In this document: positions 62,316 to 64,000 of the stretch, in pieces
How positions within the stretch are numbered: position 1 is the stretch's first letter
Layout: each line of letters begins with the position of its first letter
Assembly (NCBI GenBank): GCA_963934675.1
Contig: CAWVZP010000001.1
Location: forward strand, 105-64,104
Direction: 5' to 3'
DNA from: an uncultured Gammaproteobacteria bacterium
GTDB lineage: Bacteria > Pseudomonadota > Gammaproteobacteria > GCA-001735895
Length of the DNA: 64,000 nucleotides
Position numbers and translations under genes: made by a program
Notes under the pieces: generated by a model
What the model saw: the letters and a program-made list of their open reading frames with translations, nothing else
What the model was told of the DNA's origin: nothing
The model's database searches: none

Positions 62316-63779
62316 TTACTTATCGATTCCACCCATGCACATGTACTTTAATTCCATATAATCATCCATACCGTATTTGGAGCCTTCACGGCCTTGCCCC
62401 GATTCTTTGACGCCACCAAATGGCGCGGCTTCGTTAGAAATAATGCCTTCATTAATACCGACCATGCCGTATTCAAGCGCTTCGGCGACTCGCCAAATTC
62501 GACCAATATCTCGTGAGTAAAAATAGCTGGCTAGTCCAAACTCGGTATCGTTAGCCATTTTAATGGCTTCTTCTTCCGTTTTAAATTTGAATAGAGGCGC
62601 GACTGGACCAAAAATTTCTTCTCGGAAAACGCGCATGTCATCAGTCACATTCGTCAAAATGGTCGGTTCGATAAAGTTGGCACCCAACGTTGATCGTTTT
62701 CCACCTGCAACGGCTGTTGCGCCTCTGCTCACGGCATCTTCAATGAATGACATAACGTCGTTGGCTGCTTTTTCAGTAATAAGTGGTCCAACCGTTGTAC
62801 CGTCAATAATACCGTCTCCCATTTTAAGTTTGCTAACGGCCTCGACCAGTTTCGCTGCAAATGCATCATAACAACTCTCTTGAACCAATATTCGGTTGGC
62901 ACAAACACAGGTTTGACCCGCATTGCGATACTTGCTGATCATTGCACCCGCGACGGCGGCATCGAGATCAGCATCGTCAAATACGATAAAAGGGGCGTTA
63001 CCGCCCAGTTCCATTGATGTACGCTTCACGGTTTGAGCACATTCGGCCATCAATTGTTTGCCAACCGGTGTCGAGCCGGTAAAGGTGAGCTTTCTGACGG
63101 TTGGGTTAGAGGTTAGTTCTGCACCGATAGCACTTGTCTCCCCGGTAACAACGTTGATAACGCCGGCAGGAATGCCAGCGCGTTCTGCTAGTTCGACGAA
63201 TGCATAAGCCGATAGAGGCGTCGCATTGGCCGGTTTGCAAACAACGGTACAACCAGCAGCAAGTGCGGGTGCGATTTTTCGTGTCAGCATGGCATTCGGA
63301 AAATTCCACGGTGTAATACAAGCGACAACACCAACCGGCTGTCTGATACAGACAACCCGTTTGTCGTTGGATGGTGCGGGCATCGTGTCGCCATAAACAC
63401 GCTTACCTTCTTCTGCAAACCATTCGATATAACTAGCGCCATAGGCGATTTCACCCCGAGCCTCGGCTAAAGGCTTACCTTGTTCGGTAGTAAGGATGAT
63501 CGCGAGGTCTTCTTGCGCTTCCATCATTAAGTTAAACCATTTACGTAGGTGGCCTGCACGCTCTTTGGCCGTTTTTTGACGCCAAGCGGGTAGTGCGTTA
63601 TCGGCTGCTTCGATAGCGCGCCGTGTTTCCGCGGTGCTACATTTCGCAACTTGTGCGATCACTTCACCATTGGCCGGGTTAGTAACGGCTAGTTTTTCTC
63701 CACTGTCGGCATCAACCCACTGTCCATTAATATAAGCCTGTGTACGAAGCAGGGCCTGATCAGAAACTTGAATGCTCAT
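62316..63779 (-). CDS. gabD: NADP-dependent succinate-semialdehyde dehydrogenase
   Basis: Near-collinear with E. coli GabD (..AYINGQWVDADSGE..VTNPANGE.., catalytic Glu ELGGNAPFIVFDDADLD and Cys ..GQTCVCANR..). Start set at MSIQVSD; the ORF track adds 21 upstream codons. Confidence 0.9.
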   Translation of the reverse strand: MSIQVSDQALLRTQAYINGQWVDADSGEKLAVTNPANGEVIAQVAKCSTAETRRAIEAADNALPAWRQKTAKERAGHLRKWFNLMMEAQEDLAIILTTEQGKPLAEARGEIAYGASYIEWFAEEGKRVYGDTMPAPSNDKRVVCIRQPVGVVACITPWNFPNAMLTRKIAPALAAGCTVVCKPANATPLSAYAFVELAERAGIPAGVINVVTGETSAIGAELTSNPTVRKLTFTGSTPVGKQLMAECAQTVKRTSMELGGNAPFIVFDDADLDAAVAGAMISKYRNAGQTCVCANRILVQESCYDAFAAKLVEAVSKLKMGDGIIDGTTVGPLITEKAANDVMSFIEDAVSRGATAVAGGKRSTLGANFIEPTILTNVTDDMRVFREEIFGPVAPLFKFKTEEEAIKMANDTEFGLASYFYSRDIGRIWRVAEALEYGMVGINEGIISNEAAPFGGVKESGQGREGSKYGMDDYMELKYMCMGGIDK

Positions 63780-64000
63780 AAATTTTGAACTCCAGGGTTG
63801 TTTGAGTGAATAGCGATGGATAATACTAATGCGAAGCAGCAAAGACCAGCGTCAATGCGAAGAAAAGAGCTTTCGGGCCCTATTGTCTGATTGGCATGAG
63901 GGTAGGAAAAAGCGCTAGTTCTTCTAGAATTCTGGAGATAATCGAGAGTAAACAGCCTTTTAATTGAGGCGATGCAAAGACGTCTTGAATATCGATAACA

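Overview
This is a chromosomal segment from a low-GC (~40%) gammaproteobacterium and it carries the replication-origin neighbourhood. It is core backbone, not a mobile island: there are no integrases, transposases, CRISPR arrays or phage genes. Gene order runs as follows.

- recC (5'-truncated by the window edge), recB, recD
- a response-regulator/PP2C/RsbW-kinase fusion (HsbR-like) with a single-domain Hpt protein
- dsbA, cytochrome c4, engB
- polA, thrB (type II), mnmE, yidC, yidD, rnpA, rpmH
- dnaA, dnaN, recF, gyrB
- prlC, an SH3 protein, ubiD, an M20 hydrolase, an Asp/Glu-racemase-family gene, a degenerate ParA-like gene, trhO, ybcJ-like, a HopJ-like gene, rbgA, a GNAT gene, gnd, a GH17 gene
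- a TPP riboswitch followed by thiB, thiP, thiQ, a thiK-like kinase and a DMT transporter
- an M23 peptidase, a polar amino-acid ABC transporter, a GST gene, ubiC-like, rimO, yliI-like
- a B12-binding radical-SAM gene with a TauD-like dioxygenase, then gabD

The most unusual feature is a 1.1-kb AT-rich spacer between dnaA and dnaN, where these genes normally abut. It is built from three tandem ~425-bp repeat units, each with a pair of consensus DnaA boxes, and the third unit runs straight into the dnaN start codon. I read this as a candidate oriC or DnaA-box array.

Other items worth a second look:

- an HsbR/HptB-type partner-switching module with no adjacent STAS partner
- a ParA-like protein with a ruined Walker A motif plus a TTG-coupled mini-ORF
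- a B12-rSAM/TauD dioxygenase gene pair
- an M23 peptidase bracketed by diverged 175-bp direct repeats exactly 1800 bp apart, which duplicate the 3' end of the upstream transporter gene
- a TPP-riboswitch-controlled thiamine salvage cluster
- several long ORF-free AT-rich spacers
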